A stretch of 32,000 nt of DNA from an uncultured delta proteobacterium (GTDB lineage: Bacteria; Myxococcota_A; Polyangia; Polyangiales; Polyangiaceae), in NCBI GenBank assembly GCA_963710555.1, contig CAVQAT010000003.1, forward strand, positions 77,672 to 109,671, written 5' to 3'. Made by a program: the position numbers and the translations under genes. Below are positions 8,950 through 17,078 of the stretch, piece by piece. The notes under the pieces are model-generated. The model worked only from the letters and a program-made list of their open reading frames with translations, was not told the origin of the DNA and did no database searches. The number at the start of each line of letters is the position of its first letter. Positions within the stretch are counted from its first letter, which is position 1.

Positions 8950-9882
8950 TCAGAGTCTACGTCGGGAGCGCGCATGACGATCGCCGGCAACCCGCGCCGA
9001 GCAGTCCAAAAGCGCCTGACGCAAGAACTGATGACCAGGATCACCATCGAAGCGCGGATGCCAGAGGAGATTCAGCGCATAAGGCTCGTTTTCAAACGGC
9101 AACGGGAACAGCTCGAGCTTGAGCTCCGAGAGACGCCTGTTTGCAATACGCTCCGAAACCGTCAGCAAGTAGTCAGTCTTCGCGGCGAGTTCGAGTGCGG
9201 TCGAAAAATAGGGAACCGCACGAGCCACCGATCGTGAAACACCACGCTTGCGGAGAAGGTCGTCGATGTACCCACCTGGAGCACCACGCGGGGCGATCTG
9301 GATGTGCGGCAAAGCAATGTACTTCTGAAGAGTCAGACGCTTTTTTACCTCCGGATGGTCTCGACGAACCACACATACGTGCCGATCAGTCAGCAAGATA
9401 CGGCTGCGCAAAGCGGAGGGAAGTGCCGAATAAATTCCCACCGCCAGATCGACTTGTCCCTCCTCAAGAGCTTCCACGTCATCAAGGGCATTGGGAACAA
9501 AACGCAACCGAACCCGAGGAGCACGTGAGGTCATCAACGCGTCGAGTTCCGCTCCGAGCAGCGAGAGAACATAATCAGTGCAGCGAATCGTGAAGGTTCG
9601 TTCCAGGCTAGCTAGCTCAACCGGCTCCTTGGGTACGAGCAACTGTCGCGCCTCGGCGTGAACATCATGTACACGAGACCTCAAGGCTTCCGCGTAAGGG
9701 GTCAGCACCATTGAACGTCCGGAGCGAACAAGCAGCGGATCCCCCAGCTCATCCCTCAGCCTGGCTAGCAAATAGCTGACGGCTGGTTTTGAGAGCCCAA
9801 GTCGCTTGGCGGCGGTCGTGACGCCTCCCTCCTGAAGCAGAGCATCAAGTGCGGGGAGCAGCGACAGATCGACATGTTCCAT
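8950..9882 (-). CDS. LysR-family transcriptional regulator
   Basis: 310 aa. The N-terminal wHTH is LLPALDALLQEGGVTTAAKRLGLSKPAVSYLLARLRDELGDPLLVRSGR, followed by a LysR substrate-binding-type C-terminal domain. Confidence 0.9.
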   Translation of the reverse strand: MEHVDLSLLPALDALLQEGGVTTAAKRLGLSKPAVSYLLARLRDELGDPLLVRSGRSMVLTPYAEALRSRVHDVHAEARQLLVPKEPVELASLERTFTIRCTDYVLSLLGAELDALMTSRAPRVRLRFVPNALDDVEALEEGQVDLAVGIYSALPSALRSRILLTDRHVCVVRRDHPEVKKRLTLQKYIALPHIQIAPRGAPGGYIDDLLRKRGVSRSVARAVPYFSTALELAAKTDYLLTVSERIANRRLSELKLELFPLPFENEPYALNLLWHPRFDGDPGHQFLRQALLDCSARVAGDRHARSRRRL

Positions 9883-9963
9883 AAGTTCGAACTTATCGAT
9901 ATATCTGTTCGAAATCTATGACTCACCGAGGAGAGCGACCGCGAACGACCACGGGTGCGCGGC

Positions 9964-10986
9964 CTAGCTGCTCGATCCCAGCTGCGACATCATCTGATCA
10001 AGGGGACTCGTGACGCCATAAGGACCCGTTTGGAGGACGTGTGTGTAGATCATCGTAGTGCGCACGTCGCTGTGACCGAGTAGTTTTTGAATGGTGCGGA
10101 TGTCGGTTCCGGATTCGAGCAAATGAGTGGCAAACGAATGCCGAAGCGTGTGGCAACTTGCTGGTTTGGACAGCTGCGCCGCGACCACAGCTGAGCGCAC
10201 AGCGCGCTGAAGAGCCGTTTCGTGAACGTGATGAAGGACGCGCTTTCCACTGACCGGGTGCGCATATGTACGAGTCGCAGGAAAAACCCACTGCCACTTG
10301 AACTCAGTCGGTGCGTTTGGGTACTTCCGACTGAGCGCCGAGGGAACTTCCACGCGCCCCGCACCGCGTTCAATCTGCCGCTGGTGTTCGACTGCCCGAT
10401 GACGCAAGTGTTCCCGCAAAGGGTTCTCGAGACTCGAGGGCAGCAAGGTCACGCGATCCTTGGCGCCCTTTCCGCGGCGCACCGTGAGCTGATGGCGCTC
10501 AAAGTCGATGTCTTTGACGCGCAGCGTCACGCATTCCATCACACGCAGACCTGCACCGTAAAGAAGTTGCGCCATGAGTAACCAGGGCGGCGATAGCCGC
10601 GCGAGAAGCATTGCGACCTCCGAACGAGACAGGACTACTGGTAGACGACTGGTTCTCTTCGCGTAAATGAGCTGATCGAGAAACTCGAGCGGCTGACCCA
10701 GCACCTCTTTGTAAAGAAAAAGAAGTGCTGCGAGAGCTTGGTTCTGGGTCGATGCACTCACATGATCGTCCGTGGCAAGCGACGAGAGAAACTCAGTCAC
10801 TTCCTTGGGACCGAGATTTCTCGGATCACGTCGTCCGGCAAAGCGAATGAATCGCCGCACCCATCGACCATAGGCCTCGATCGTACGAGGGCTGGCATGG
10901 CGCATGACAAGTCGCTCCTCCACGGCCGCCAGCACCGCTCGCGGACTCCCCAGCGACCCGCCGCGCGTTGACTTCGCATTGCCCAC
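9964..10986 (-). CDS. intI: integron integrase IntI (tyrosine recombinase)
   Basis: 340 aa with the tyrosine-recombinase catalytic blocks [16 protein letters not shown] and [39 protein letters not shown]. It also has the IntI-specific insertion [21 protein letters not shown] between patches II and III. It is divergently oriented from an array of attC-bounded cassettes. Confidence 0.92.
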   Translation of the reverse strand: MGNAKSTRGGSLGSPRAVLAAVEERLVMRHASPRTIEAYGRWVRRFIRFAGRRDPRNLGPKEVTEFLSSLATDDHVSASTQNQALAALLFLYKEVLGQPLEFLDQLIYAKRTSRLPVVLSRSEVAMLLARLSPPWLLMAQLLYGAGLRVMECVTLRVKDIDFERHQLTVRRGKGAKDRVTLLPSSLENPLREHLRHRAVEHQRQIERGAGRVEVPSALSRKYPNAPTEFKWQWVFPATRTYAHPVSGKRVLHHVHETALQRAVRSAVVAAQLSKPASCHTLRHSFATHLLESGTDIRTIQKLLGHSDVRTTMIYTHVLQTGPYGVTSPLDQMMSQLGSSS

Positions 10987-11456
10987 TCTCGGGTTTCAGC
11001 AAAACCCATGCCTGTCTGACTTCAGCCGCTTTTAGCAACAACTGACTCCCCATCCGCTGGCCGCGCCACCGTCTTGCCAGCGTCCGCCAGCCGTCACGAC
11101 AACCCGGCCAAACAGCCGCCCCAGCTCTTCGCCACCTTTCACGCGCCAACTAGGCAGCCAACTCACTCTGCAAGCATTCCGCACGCACCCACTATCTCTC
11201 CGGCCTTTCCCATCCATTTCGCTTGAAAATCACAGCAAGCGAACCCCAAAGCCCCTGCAGTGATTCACCACCCACCCCACAATCCTCCTCAGTCCGATAA
11301 CAACTGCGTCTGCGTACTTATACAACACGCCTCGCTGCATAAGTACGGGCACCAATGGCTCCACCTTCAAATTTGAAGCGCATACATGACAGCCGCTACA
11401 ATCACATTCCCCGCGTCGACTCTCGCACCTCCTCGCGAGACAATTGGTAGTTCGGC
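10987..11456 (+). other. attI region (exact crossover not resolved); presumed location of Pc/Pint promoters
   Basis: Non-coding DNA between the intI start and the first cassette ORF. The plus strand is strikingly C-rich and G-poor. It contains only two GTT triplets before the first ORF. The one at 11450-11456 (GTTCGGC) is the only plausibly placed crossover candidate, and it is non-canonical. Confidence 0.35.
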
Positions 11457-11514
11457 AGACAGGAGACTTTGAAACATCGCGGCGGGGTGGTCAGACGGAT
11501 CACTCCACGATAAC

Positions 11515-12087
11515 GTGTCGGAGCAACGACTCATGAGTTCAGATCATCTCGGTACTCTTCCGACTGGACTGCTCGGTTCCCCAGACCAAGGCCCAGTTCT
11601 CCTTGTCGCCTATGACCAGACGTGGGCAAATCGCTTCGAGCACCACCGGGAAGTAATCGAGAGAGAGCTGGGAGAGCTCCTTCTTCAGATTCATCATATC
11701 GGCTCTACCGCTGTTCCCGGTCTTTCAGCCAAACCGATTGTCGACATCTTGGCCGTCGTTGCAGACTCAGCGAATGAGTCGTCGTATGTACCCCTGCTGG
11801 AAGCTGCGGGCTACAGGCTCCGTGTTAGAGAACCCAATTTCGAGGAGCATCGTATGTTTCGATCTTTGGCTAAAGATGTCCATCTTCACGTCTTCTCCTC
11901 AGGCTCGGCAGAGATTGCTCGCTATTTGGTCTTCAGAGACCGACTGCGCACGAGTTCAACAGACCGCCGGCGCTACGAACGCGTGAAACAAGAGCTTGCC
12001 TCCCGTGACTGGCAAGACAGGAATGACTATGCTGCGGCAAAGAGCGAAATTGTTGAAGGAATCATCCATGCCGCAATGCTTCCCTAA
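11515..12087 (+). CDS. GrpB-family (UPF0157) nucleotidyltransferase-fold protein
   Basis: 190 aa (GTG start; an alternative ATG is at 11533). IHHIGSTAVPGLSAKPIVDILAVV plus HLHVF...YLVFRDRLR...YERVK match the GrpB domain pattern. Confidence 0.85.
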   Translation: MSEQRLMSSDHLGTLPTGLLGSPDQGPVLLVAYDQTWANRFEHHREVIERELGELLLQIHHIGSTAVPGLSAKPIVDILAVVADSANESSYVPLLEAAGYRLRVREPNFEEHRMFRSLAKDVHLHVFSSGSAEIARYLVFRDRLRTSSTDRRRYERVKQELASRDWQDRNDYAAAKSEIVEGIIHAAMLP

Positions 12088-12148
12088 GCATAGACCTACC
12101 CGCGATATTCGCGTCCCCGACAACGTCCTCCATATCGCTGAGTCTTGA

Positions 12149-12613
12149 ATGAAGACGAAGGCGCCACTGGTTCCGGAACTGTATGTCTCAGACCTCCGAG
12201 CAAGTTTGAACTTCTACCTAGAACTGGTCGGCTTTGAGCTAGAGTTTGAACGTCTTGAACAGGGATTCGCCGCCCTTGAGCTCGGTTCAAGTCGAATCAT
12301 GTTGGAGCAAGTCCCTTCGCTCTCACCTTCAACGGCGGCAGAGATGCGCGATGGGCGATGGATACCGGCCGCTCTTGAAGCGCCCTTCGGGCGAGGTCTC
12401 AATTTCGAAATCGAGGTTGATGATGTCGAGGCGGTGCACCAGCGCTTCAAGGAACGAGGCTACCCTCTGCTAGTTGCGATGCACCAGAAGTCGTACCGGG
12501 TAACTGACGAGAACTGTGTGGTCAGGCAGTTTTTGGCTGCGGATCCTGACGGCTACTTGATCCGACCGTCTCAGACTCTTGAAGTGAACACGATTCCTCC
12601 CATGTCACGATAG
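12149..12613 (+). CDS. VOC-family (glyoxalase/bleomycin-resistance/dioxygenase fold) protein
   Basis: 154 aa. The N-terminal beta-alpha-beta-beta-beta module is LVPELYVSDLRASLNFYLELVGFELEF, and a second module is FEIEVDDVEAVHQRFKERGYPL...DPDGYLIR. attC-1 follows directly. Confidence 0.85.
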   Translation: MKTKAPLVPELYVSDLRASLNFYLELVGFELEFERLEQGFAALELGSSRIMLEQVPSLSPSTAAEMRDGRWIPAALEAPFGRGLNFEIEVDDVEAVHQRFKERGYPLLVAMHQKSYRVTDENCVVRQFLAADPDGYLIRPSQTLEVNTIPPMSR

Positions 12614-12618
12614 CTGCG

Positions 12619-12776
12619 GCCGAACGAGCCATTGCTACCTGACGGCGGTCGTAAAGGTTTCCGCTTCGCCTTGAGTTTGGTGTGCGGCCGCCGCCCATTC
12701 ACTCCCTTTGGTCGTGGCGGCCGGTCGGTGTATTCTGCAAGGCCTCGCGCCGCAGTAGAGCGGCAAGGCGTTGGGC
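12619..12776 (+). other. attC-1 (type A, 158 bp), R'' GCCGAAC, R' GTTGGGC
   Basis: Shares the type A body: ...GAGCCATTGCTACCTGACGGCGGTCGT...CGGCCGCC...GGCGGCCGG...GCGCCGCAGTAGAGCGGCAAGGC GTTGGGC. The arms are imperfectly complementary, with unpaired bases on the 5' arm. Confidence 0.8.
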
Positions 12777-12778
12777 GG

Positions 12779-13183
12779 TCACGGAACACATTCACCCTCG
12801 TCGTTACACTCACAGTAATTGGCACATTCGCATGCTGTGAAGCGGTCATGCTCCGCTTGACACTCACTCTGGCCACCTTCGAGCGACGAATACTCCGGCC
12901 CGGTCGCCAATCTTTCGCAAACGTACTCGGCACCAGCGGCGATTCGACATTGGATTTCTGCGATCGCTTCTCCAAGACATGGGTTCGGAAAGACATCCTC
13001 GCTCGCACAGAATTCGAGGCAAGGCTCCAGCGGCTCAGGGCAGTTCGTTGAAGCGGTACCTTCGAAATTGATGCGACACAGGGTGATGCATTGCCCCACA
13101 ACCTTCTCTCTTTCAGAGGATTCAGCGTTGCTACCGCAGGCCAGAGGCAAGGTCACCATCAGGAGAATTGCCGGCTTCATCAA
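12779..13183 (-). CDS. small cysteine-rich lipoprotein, inverted relative to the cassette array
   Basis: 134 aa. MMKPAILLMVTLPLACGS is a signal peptide plus lipobox. The mature part has 14 further Cys residues. The stop lies 3 nt from the attC-1 crossover. Confidence 0.6.
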   Translation of the reverse strand: MMKPAILLMVTLPLACGSNAESSEREKVVGQCITLCRINFEGTASTNCPEPLEPCLEFCASEDVFPNPCLGEAIAEIQCRIAAGAEYVCERLATGPEYSSLEGGQSECQAEHDRFTACECANYCECNDEGECVP

Positions 13184-13211
13184 AGCGACTGTATTCGGTC
13201 AAGTGAATGCC

Positions 13212-13300
13212 GTCTAACTGAGTCGTCCACTTCCTATCGACCGCGTTTGCCTAAGCGGACCGCTCCAGCGACCAGAAAGGTGATTTTTTAAGTGTTAGGT
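13212..13300 (+). other. candidate short attC (89 bp), R'' GTCTAAC, R' GTTAGGT
   Basis: It has exactly the R'' heptamer used by the type A attCs, and a complementary GTTAG core 82 nt downstream. The internal arms pair only imperfectly by eye, so this is tentative. Confidence 0.4.
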
Positions 13301-13351
13301 TTTTTTTGAGTGATGGGAACGACCTTGGTCGAGCACCAGACACCTTCCCCA

Positions 13352-13561
13352 GCGTTGCACTCGCCATTTGCACTCTGCCAGAGCTGCCAACGAGCGTTGC
13401 AGAGGGCATCTGCCCAGTGCCAGACCTGGCTGCGAGTGTTGCAACCCTCCTTGGCAGAGTGCCAGAAGCGTTCGCGTGTGTTGCAAAGCTCTCTGGCAGT
13501 GTGCCAGGGCCGCTCGCGAGCGTTGCAAACGTGTTTGGCAGAGTCCAACTCAGTGCGAGAG
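13352..13561. repeat. 5 x 42-bp tandem repeat (GYGTTGCA-N15-TGCCAG-N8-CGCGA)
   Basis: Units start at 13352, 13394, 13436, 13478 and 13520. The blocks GYGTTGCA and TGCCAG are conserved and the interior is variable. The region is open in five of six frames, which explains the pile of overlapping track ORFs at 13288-13718. Confidence 0.85.
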
Positions 13562-13562
13562 A

Positions 13563-13955
13563 TTACTCGGAAACATCCCAAGTGATTCGGTATTCACCCT
13601 GATCAGTCTGATAGACGAACGATACCTGCTCCGTGTTTACCGACAAATATCCGGAAGACACGATCTCTTTGCCGAGGCCGTCCCCCGCTGCTCCGCCAGA
13701 CGACGCGCCACCAATTGAATCGGCTTGCTCCAAATCTTCGCCGAATTGGTCGCATGTAAGAGTCCCCGCATTAACTATGCTTTGTCCATGGTCGTCCCAA
13801 TAGAACATCATCTCCCTGACCCCCGATGACGGAAGCTCCTTGATGCTGACATTGCCACAGCAATCCCCACAGCCAGGAAGTGCCGCACTCGCGACGAACG
13901 AGGCCATAAAAGTGGCGCCCAATATTGGTGACCGAACAAGTGTTGCGCAACTCAT
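13563..13955 (-). CDS. lipoprotein of unknown function (inverted cassette gene)
   Basis: The track ORF 13563..14009 is trimmed to the Met at 13955. MSCATLVRSPILGATFMASFVASAALPGC is a signal peptide plus lipobox. The start overlaps the upstream gene's stop in an ATGA junction. Confidence 0.6.
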   Translation of the reverse strand: MSCATLVRSPILGATFMASFVASAALPGCGDCCGNVSIKELPSSGVREMMFYWDDHGQSIVNAGTLTCDQFGEDLEQADSIGGASSGGAAGDGLGKEIVSSGYLSVNTEQVSFVYQTDQGEYRITWDVSE

Positions 13956-14236
13956 CGGCACACCCCATTGCGGAACTCGATGCGCGCCCCTGCCGCGTAA
14001 AGAAACCAATCGCCGTCAGAATAATTCAGACGGTAGTCGCCGTTCCAGATCGGAGCGTGATCACGCCTGCCTTCAAGCGTTTCCACGGACACCAAGGAAA
14101 GATCCCATCTCCCCACTTCGTCAGCACCACAGGTACAAGCAGAGGCTGGATTGGGGGATAGCAATTGCCCCAGAGCGGCTCCCACCGCCGCAACTAGCAG
14201 AACTAAACTGAGGTTGACCTTCTTTGAACGCGGCAT
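13952..14236 (-). CDS. small secreted protein of unknown function (inverted cassette gene)
   Basis: The track ORF 13952..14380 is trimmed to the Met at 14236. MPRSKKVNLSLVLLVAAVGAALGQLLSPNPASAC is a signal peptide. Its stop TGA overlaps the ATG of the next gene (ATGA), which suggests translational coupling. Confidence 0.5.
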   Translation of the reverse strand: MPRSKKVNLSLVLLVAAVGAALGQLLSPNPASACTCGADEVGRWDLSLVSVETLEGRRDHAPIWNGDYRLNYSDGDWFLYAAGARIEFRNGVCR

Positions 14237-14507
14237 ACTTGATAATAGAAGTTGTGATCGCCGCAGACCATCGCGATTCCGTTCTGCGCCTGAAAAGCCT
14301 AGCTCTCGGAAGAAACTCGTTCTTTGCACGCGAATCGGCAAAGTCTTGGGAGAGGGATGACCGCTTCTGGACGGTCGCACCGCGCGTAAAATGTGGCTCG
14401 CAAGCTAATCAGCGGCGTGCCTCAGATCAAAGGTGAGCAAGGGTAGAGCAAACCTAACGCGTGGTCGAACTCTCGTGCGATGTAATCGCGTGGTGGCTCA
14501 AGGTGCC

Positions 14508-14667
14508 CCCCAACGAGAAATTGCTGCTGACAGCGACTGCCTAGGTTTTCGCTGCGCTGGGAAGTTGTTGTTCGGCCGCCACTGGGCTTTCTCCCTTTTG
14601 TCGCGGCGGCCGGTCGGTGTAAACTGGTCGAGGCTCTGCGCTGCAGCAGAATTTCAGGGCGTTAGAC
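14508..14667 (+). other. attC-2 (type B, 160 bp), R'' CCCCAAC, R' GTTAGAC
   Basis: Type B body: CAACGAGAAATTGCTGCTGAC...CGGCCGCCAC...GCGGCGGCCGG...CTGCAGCAGAATTTCAGGGC GTTAGAC. Confidence 0.8.
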
Positions 14668-15866
14668 CGCACTTTCCCGCTTGCCCACTCACTCTTTGAT
14701 TGTGGCCGGCTATTCGGATCAATTGTTTGGGCTTAGCCCGCGCAGCGAGTTCGTTGCCGAGGGCGACGCTTTTTTGGAAGTGGGACTTTCGCGCGCGGGA
14801 GCAAGAATGATGAGCTGATCAACTTGGCTCACTTGCTCTGGGTGAGGGCTTCGCCCGCGTTTCCTGAACTGCGCCTCGCTGGTGGCAGCGCACGCTGGGA
14901 CGCCTGGATTGAATCGATGTTCCCTCGTCTCTTTCCGTCTGGTGTTCGCGCCTTTGTGATGGTCCGCCTTCAATCGCCTGGGCTCAGAGCTTCTTGGATG
15001 ACGTTCGCGCCCTCGTTGAGGTTTGAATTGCGTCGACTGTTGCTCGGATGGTCTCAAGACGCCCGCGCCATCTGGGTTTCTACAGCTTGTCGGTCAGCAA
15101 ATTGCTGCACCACTTTCGCCTCGCCGAGAGTTGCGGCCCTTCGGGCCGTTTCGGTGCTCTCGAAGCCAGCCTCTCCGAGGATTCTGGCGGGCGCGGGCTC
15201 GTGAATTTCGGGCGCTGAAGGGCGCTCAATGGAGATGGCGTGCTTTTTGAAGAGGCTTTCGACCTTCCCGTGAAGGCGTCATCGCGGGCGGATCGCCCAG
15301 CTGTCGTCAGAACCTGTTGTGCCAACTTTGCTCTGCAGTGAGTGCGGTTCACGGGCTGGTGAAGTCAGTGTGCGGCTGTCCTCGCGGAGCGGCGCTGTTT
15401 CATCGACTGGATGCGCGCTCTTTCCAGTCATCTTTTTATGCCAGGTGCACTGGCAAGATCACTGCCGTTTGCGCGGACTCGTTCTGGGCAAGCTCTTCTG
15501 AACTGATGAACTCGTGTCGCTCGTTGTCTTCGAACGGCCAGCGCGCTGGCAAATGATCACCGGCGCCTCAGACGCTTTTGCGAAGTCAGAACGGAAGCGT
15601 GAGTCGTCGGCCAACTGCCGTTTTGGCGCCTGCATCTAGCCGTTTGATTCCTGCTGAGCCCGGTGTGGTCTCACCTCCTCGCGCGCTGATGCCTCCTGAA
15701 ACTGAGGGAGTCGGTCTAACGAGCCGCTGCTACCTGACGGCGATCGTTAACGTTGTCGCTTCGCTGAAACTTGGCAGTTCGGCCGCCACCGGGCCTTGTC
15801 CCTTTTGTCGCGGCGGCCGTTCGGGGTAACCTGCGAGGCCTCGCGCCGCAGTAGAGCGGCAAGGCG
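14662..15866 (+). mobile_element. integron cassette L1 (1205 bp), ORF-less L family
   Basis: Bounded by the G|TT crossovers of attC-2 and attC-3. Paralogous to L2-L5. Track ORFs on both strands are not frame-conserved between copies. Confidence 0.75.
14885..15120. repeat. phased ~59-bp degenerate tandem units in L1
   Basis: Units start at 14885, 14944, 15003 and 15061. Each opens with G(C/T)(A/T/C)CGCGCC-like sequence followed by TCGTKGAGG / TGGATTG / CGATGT-like blocks. Confidence 0.7.
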
Positions 15867-15872
15867 TTAGAC
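15714..15872 (+). other. attC-3 (type A, 159 bp), R'' GTCTAAC, R' GTTAGAC
   Basis: GTCTAACGAGCCGCTGCTACCTGACGGCG...GCGCCGCAGTAGAGCGGCAAGGC GTTAGAC. Confidence 0.85.
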
Positions 15873-17072
15873 CGCACTTTCCCGCTTGCCCACTCACTCT
15901 TTGACTGTGGTCGACTATTCGGATCAATTGTTTGGGGTTAGCCCGCGCAGCAAGTTCGTTGCCGAGGGCGAGACGTTTTTGAGTGATGGACTTTCGCGCG
16001 CGGGAGCCAGAATGATGAGCTGACCGACTCGGCTCAGTTGCTCTTGGTGAGGGCTTCGCCCGCGTTTCTTAAACTGCGCCTCACTGGTGGCAGCGCACGC
16101 TGGAACGCCTGGATTGAGTCAATGTTTCCTCGTTTCTTTCCGTGTGATGTTCGCGCCTTCGTGGTGGTTCACCTTAGGTCGCCCAGGCTCAGAGCTTCTC
16201 GGGTGACATTCGCGCCCTCGTGGAGGTTTGAATTGCGTCGAGCGTTGCATGGGGTTCCCAAGACACCCGCGCCATCTGGGTTTCTACAGCTTGTCCATCA
16301 ACAAACTGCTGCGCCACTTTCGCCTAGCCGAGAGTTGCGGCCCAGCGGGCCGTTTCGGCTGTCTCGAAAGCAGCTGGGTCGATGATTCTGGCGGGCGCGG
16401 GCTCGTAATTTTCGGACGCTGAAGGGCGCTCGATGGAAAGGGCGTGCTTTTTGAACAGCCTTTCGACCTTTCCGTGAGTGCGCCATCGCGGGTCGAGGCG
16501 CCCCCGCTTTCTTCAGAATTGGTTGCGCCAACTTTGCTCTGCATGAAGTGCGGTTCGCGGGCTGATGAAGTCAGCGTGCGGCTGTCCTCGCGAAGCGGCG
16601 TTGTTTGTTCGACTGGATGCGCGCTCTTTTCAGTCTTCGTTTTATGCCAGGTGCACTCGCAAGATCACTGCCGTTTGCGCGGGCTCGTTCTGGGCAAGCT
16701 CTTCTGAACTGATGAACTCGTGTCGCCCGTTGTCTTCGAACGGCCAGCGCGCTGGCAAGTGATCACCGGCGCTTTAGACGCTTTCGCGAAGCAATCAGTT
16801 TGGCGTGGGCCGTCGGCCACCTCCCGATTTCGCGCCTGCAGCTAGCCAGCTGATTTCGGCTGAGCCCACCGTGGTCTCACCTCCTCGCGCGCTCATGCCT
16901 CCTGAAACTGATGGAGTCGGTCTAACGAGCCGCTGCTACCTGACGGCGGTCGTGAACGCTGTCGCTTCGCTGGAACTTGGCAGTTCGGCCGCCACCGGGC
17001 CTGGTCCCTTTTGTGGCGGCGGCCGTTCGGGGTAACCTGAAAGGCCTCGCGCCGCAGTAGAGCGGCAGGGCG
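15867..17072 (+). mobile_element. integron cassette L2 (1206 bp), ORF-less L family
   Basis: Same module order as L1. It has frameshifts relative to L1 in every candidate frame. Confidence 0.75.
16090..16320. repeat. phased ~59-bp degenerate tandem units in L2
   Basis: Units start at 16090, 16149, 16208 and 16265. Confidence 0.7.
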
Positions 17073-17078
17073 TTAGAC
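16920..17078 (+). other. attC-4 (type A, 159 bp), R'' GTCTAAC, R' GTTAGAC
   Basis: Same type A body as attC-3. Confidence 0.85.

Noticed and set aside
12088-12148. Possible short attC between the GrpB and VOC genes
   Set aside because: It has no R''(..AAC)/R'(GTT...) pair in the proper order and no complementary arms.
12571-13101. ORFs 12571..13101 (minus, 176 aa) and 12632..13051 (plus, 139 aa)
   Set aside because: They run through attC-1 and overlap the better-supported lipoprotein frame, and they have R-rich composition.
13352-13561. Sigma-54 promoter reading of the TGCCAG/TTGCA blocks in the 42-bp repeats (minus strand)
   Set aside because: The -24 element lacks the GG (TGCCAG rather than TGGCAC), and the spacing to TTGCA is one nucleotide too long in the units I checked.
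14885-15714. Type III toxin-antitoxin (ToxI-like repeat RNA + terminator hairpin + toxin gene) interpretation of the L cassettes
   Set aside because: The layout (repeats, then a hairpin, then ~560 nt) is suggestive. However, no ORF downstream of the hairpin is conserved in frame across the five copies, so a ToxN-like toxin is not supported.
14662-15866. ORF-less group IIC-attC intron as the identity of the L/S elements
   Set aside because: Each element lies between complete attC sites rather than inside one. I see no domain V-like hairpin, no GUGYG 5' end and no reverse-transcriptase remnants.
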